Shown piece by piece: positions 61,713 through 64,000 of a DNA stretch of 64,000 nucleotides. The DNA comes from Balanoglossus misakiensis (lineage: Eukaryota; Animalia; Hemichordata), in assembly GCA_040954595.2 (NCBI GenBank), contig CM082584.2, positions 3,848,110 through 3,912,109 on the forward strand. Direction: 5' to 3'. Position numbers and translations under genes: made by a program. The notes under the pieces were generated by a model, which had not been told where the DNA came from, made no database searches, and saw nothing but the letters and a program-made list of their open reading frames with translations. Within the stretch, counting starts at the first letter, position 1; the number at the start of each line of letters is the position of its first letter.

Positions 61713-63146
61713 ATGGCCGAAGCAATGCCTAGTGGGAGTTTCCTCCAACAGCGCATAGATGAGAAAATCCTCTTCTGTCCGATCTGCAAAGAACGGATGG
61801 TGAAACCCAAAAGTCTACCCTGCATACACACCTTCTGTGAGAAGTGCCTCCAACAATGGGTGCAACAGAAAGGAGGCAGACTTGAATGTCCGACGTGTCG
61901 ACGTACGTGTCCACTCCCGCAGGCAGGGGTCAAAGGTCTCACTAACAATTTTTTCATCAATGACCTGATTGAACTATTTGACGAGTTGCAGGCCAACCCC
62001 GGCGAGACCGTATGCGATTTGTGTGCCAGAAAAGCAAGCTGTTGGTGTCAAGAATGCGCCCAGTTCTTTTGTGATGGATGTCGGCGTAGTCATTTGAAAA
62101 TAAGGACGACCAAGAACCACAGATTCATGTCTATGGAAGAATACAATGCTGTGGCTGAGTCTGGTCGTGATCACCTGATTCGTCCCCGATTCTGCACAGT
62201 TCATCAGGACAGTCAGCTCAAGTTATTCTGCCAACACTGTCAAGTGAATGCGTGCATGGAATGTGCAGTGACCGTTCACAAGGGCAGGGCGCACAATCTG
62301 GTGTCGTTAGAAGATGCATTGGAAGAGTTCGACCCAGAGTTGCAAGACAAAGAAAATGCAGTGTCAAATAGGGTATTTTCACTCCGAGAAAAACAACAAG
62401 AGGCAACCAAAGATATAGAAGATATTGACAAAAACGGAAGTCAGGTTGTGCGTCAAATCAGACATAAAATAGCAGAAATGAGAAATATATTGCAGAAAGA
62501 GGAAGACAGGTTGGTGGAAAAGGCGTTGGCAATGAGTGGACAGATGAAGAAAAACAGGCAATCAGAACTGGACCAGATAGAATTCGATCTAGCCTCTGCA
62601 GAAAATGTGTATGTCTACACACGAAATCTGCGGACACACGGCAATGCAGCTGATATACTTTCCCAGAAGAAAGAACTGATGCAGAGATTGAATGAAATCA
62701 TAAATGATCGTTCAACAGACCGATACGTCCCCCCACAAAACACCCGCCTTGTTTTTCAAGAGAATAACAAGTGCATGCAACTTTCTCTTGGAGAAGTAAT
62801 TGACCAATCAGAAGTGACACATGCTGCACGTGTCAGCCAATCAGTTGATCGACAGATACTACAACAGCAACCTGAGGCAACCACCGAGAAATCTGAGATT
62901 AAAAGAAAAATGACCGACCAATCCGCGGTGTCTAGTATGTCAAGTGTCAGCCAACCAACTGTTGAGAGGAAACAACAAAGACCTAAGACTCTGGCCCAGA
63001 AGACTACTGCTCCTGGAGTTGTTACTATGCCAACGGGAAGTATGGTTGATAGAGTCAAAACAATCTCAGGCATACTGTTTATTTGTATTACATATACGTT
63101 TGCAGATGGAATACAAGGAGTAAGTATTACAATGAAAACGGTTTGA
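61713..63146 (+). CDS. TRIM-family E3 ligase (RING, B-box1, B-box2, coiled coil; TRIM56/45-like N-terminus); may splice onward at 63120
   Basis: C3HC4 RING CPIC..LPCIHTFCEKC..CPTCR, two B-boxes, coiled coil. Acceptor at 61681-61683 and upstream donor AAG|GTAAGG at 60808. Strong donor GGA|GTAAGT at 63120 before the stop. Confidence 0.9.
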   Translation: MAEAMPSGSFLQQRIDEKILFCPICKERMVKPKSLPCIHTFCEKCLQQWVQQKGGRLECPTCRRTCPLPQAGVKGLTNNFFINDLIELFDELQANPGETVCDLCARKASCWCQECAQFFCDGCRRSHLKIRTTKNHRFMSMEEYNAVAESGRDHLIRPRFCTVHQDSQLKLFCQHCQVNACMECAVTVHKGRAHNLVSLEDALEEFDPELQDKENAVSNRVFSLREKQQEATKDIEDIDKNGSQVVRQIRHKIAEMRNILQKEEDRLVEKALAMSGQMKKNRQSELDQIEFDLASAENVYVYTRNLRTHGNAADILSQKKELMQRLNEIINDRSTDRYVPPQNTRLVFQENNKCMQLSLGEVIDQSEVTHAARVSQSVDRQILQQQPEATTEKSEIKRKMTDQSAVSSMSSVSQPTVERKQQRPKTLAQKTTAPGVVTMPTGSMVDRVKTISGILFICITYTFADGIQGVSITMKTV

Positions 63147-64000
63147 GCTGCACAGAAGGAATGTACTGACTATTGATTTGTTTATCAACATAGTCAAAAG
63201 AAAACACGCTTTTTGCATTCAAGGTTAGACTTGCTCCAAGTCTATAGGCTTAAATTTCAGCAAAATTTGTTCCGATTTAATATAGCGTGTGTGGAGTGAA
63301 CGCATGAAGTTGTGGCATCGCGATAGTGATGAACAGTAACCGAAACTCAGTACCGAAATATAATCAAGGCAAACAAACGTATGAAGGGTAATGAGTAAAA
63401 TTAAGAAATGGGGAACACCTGAATTAGTCAAGCAAAAAGTGGGCTAGTCTAATTCAAGGTGAAGATGAAAATCCGCTACTAGACCACAATGCATGCTTTA
63501 AGACCACAATGCATGCTTTAGTGATAAGAATGTATCACCCTCAACAATCTGTTATGAACTGTAACAATGAAAAAAATCACTGGTCTGTACATTTCTTCTG
63601 TGCATCTCAAACACCCTTTTTACCGTTGTCGTTGTATATGTTTGAAGTGATGGTTTGGCTAAATGCGTTGCATACCTTTGCAGTCCTAGCTTCTCTGTTT
63701 AAGTAAATTTTGAACTGTTCCTGGCTTGTCAATATCAATGTCAATATGGGGTATGATATAGAGGGCTGAAAAGTGGTCATGTTTAGTCTTGCTGTTTCAT
63801 TCACACACACCAATACTTATTGGCTATTATATCGACTTAGTTAACTTCTTCGCAAATAACATTATTTTTTTTGTCAAACTTTGTATGCTAACAACAGAGA
63901 TTCGTGTGTCAATACAAATTATTCACGCCACATGAATAAGTGTATCGGAAATGTTTCCTTAATGTCATCATAAACCTGAAAGTTTTGACAGAAAAAGACA

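Overview
AT-rich, intron-containing animal genomic DNA. Gene content and repeat style suggest a marine invertebrate deuterostome, possibly a hemichordate (inference only). Exons were reconstructed by hand from GT-AG sites and phase, so repeat boundaries may be off by a few bp. Genes in order: a frameshifted HNMT-like methyltransferase (+), DHCR24 (+, 8 exons), an FHA-less PNKP (-, 5 exons), UHRF1 (+, 16 exons, head-to-head with PNKP), an intronless Jun (-), the first 7 coding exons of MSH5 (+), and a TRIM (RING-B1-B2-CC) gene after MSH5 exon 7, apparently inside its intron. Introns are dense with MITEs. The main observation is a ~1.98 kb tyrosine-recombinase (Crypton-type) element with an intact ORF. 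It splits a MITE, which fixes its ends exactly. It has no target duplication, an internal site complementary to the joined ends, and a terminal hairpin with GA/GA tandem mismatches and a GNA triloop on one strand only. Several sequence-unrelated non-coding elements in the window share this end architecture, suggesting a folded-ssDNA (attC/ICR-like) recombination system.
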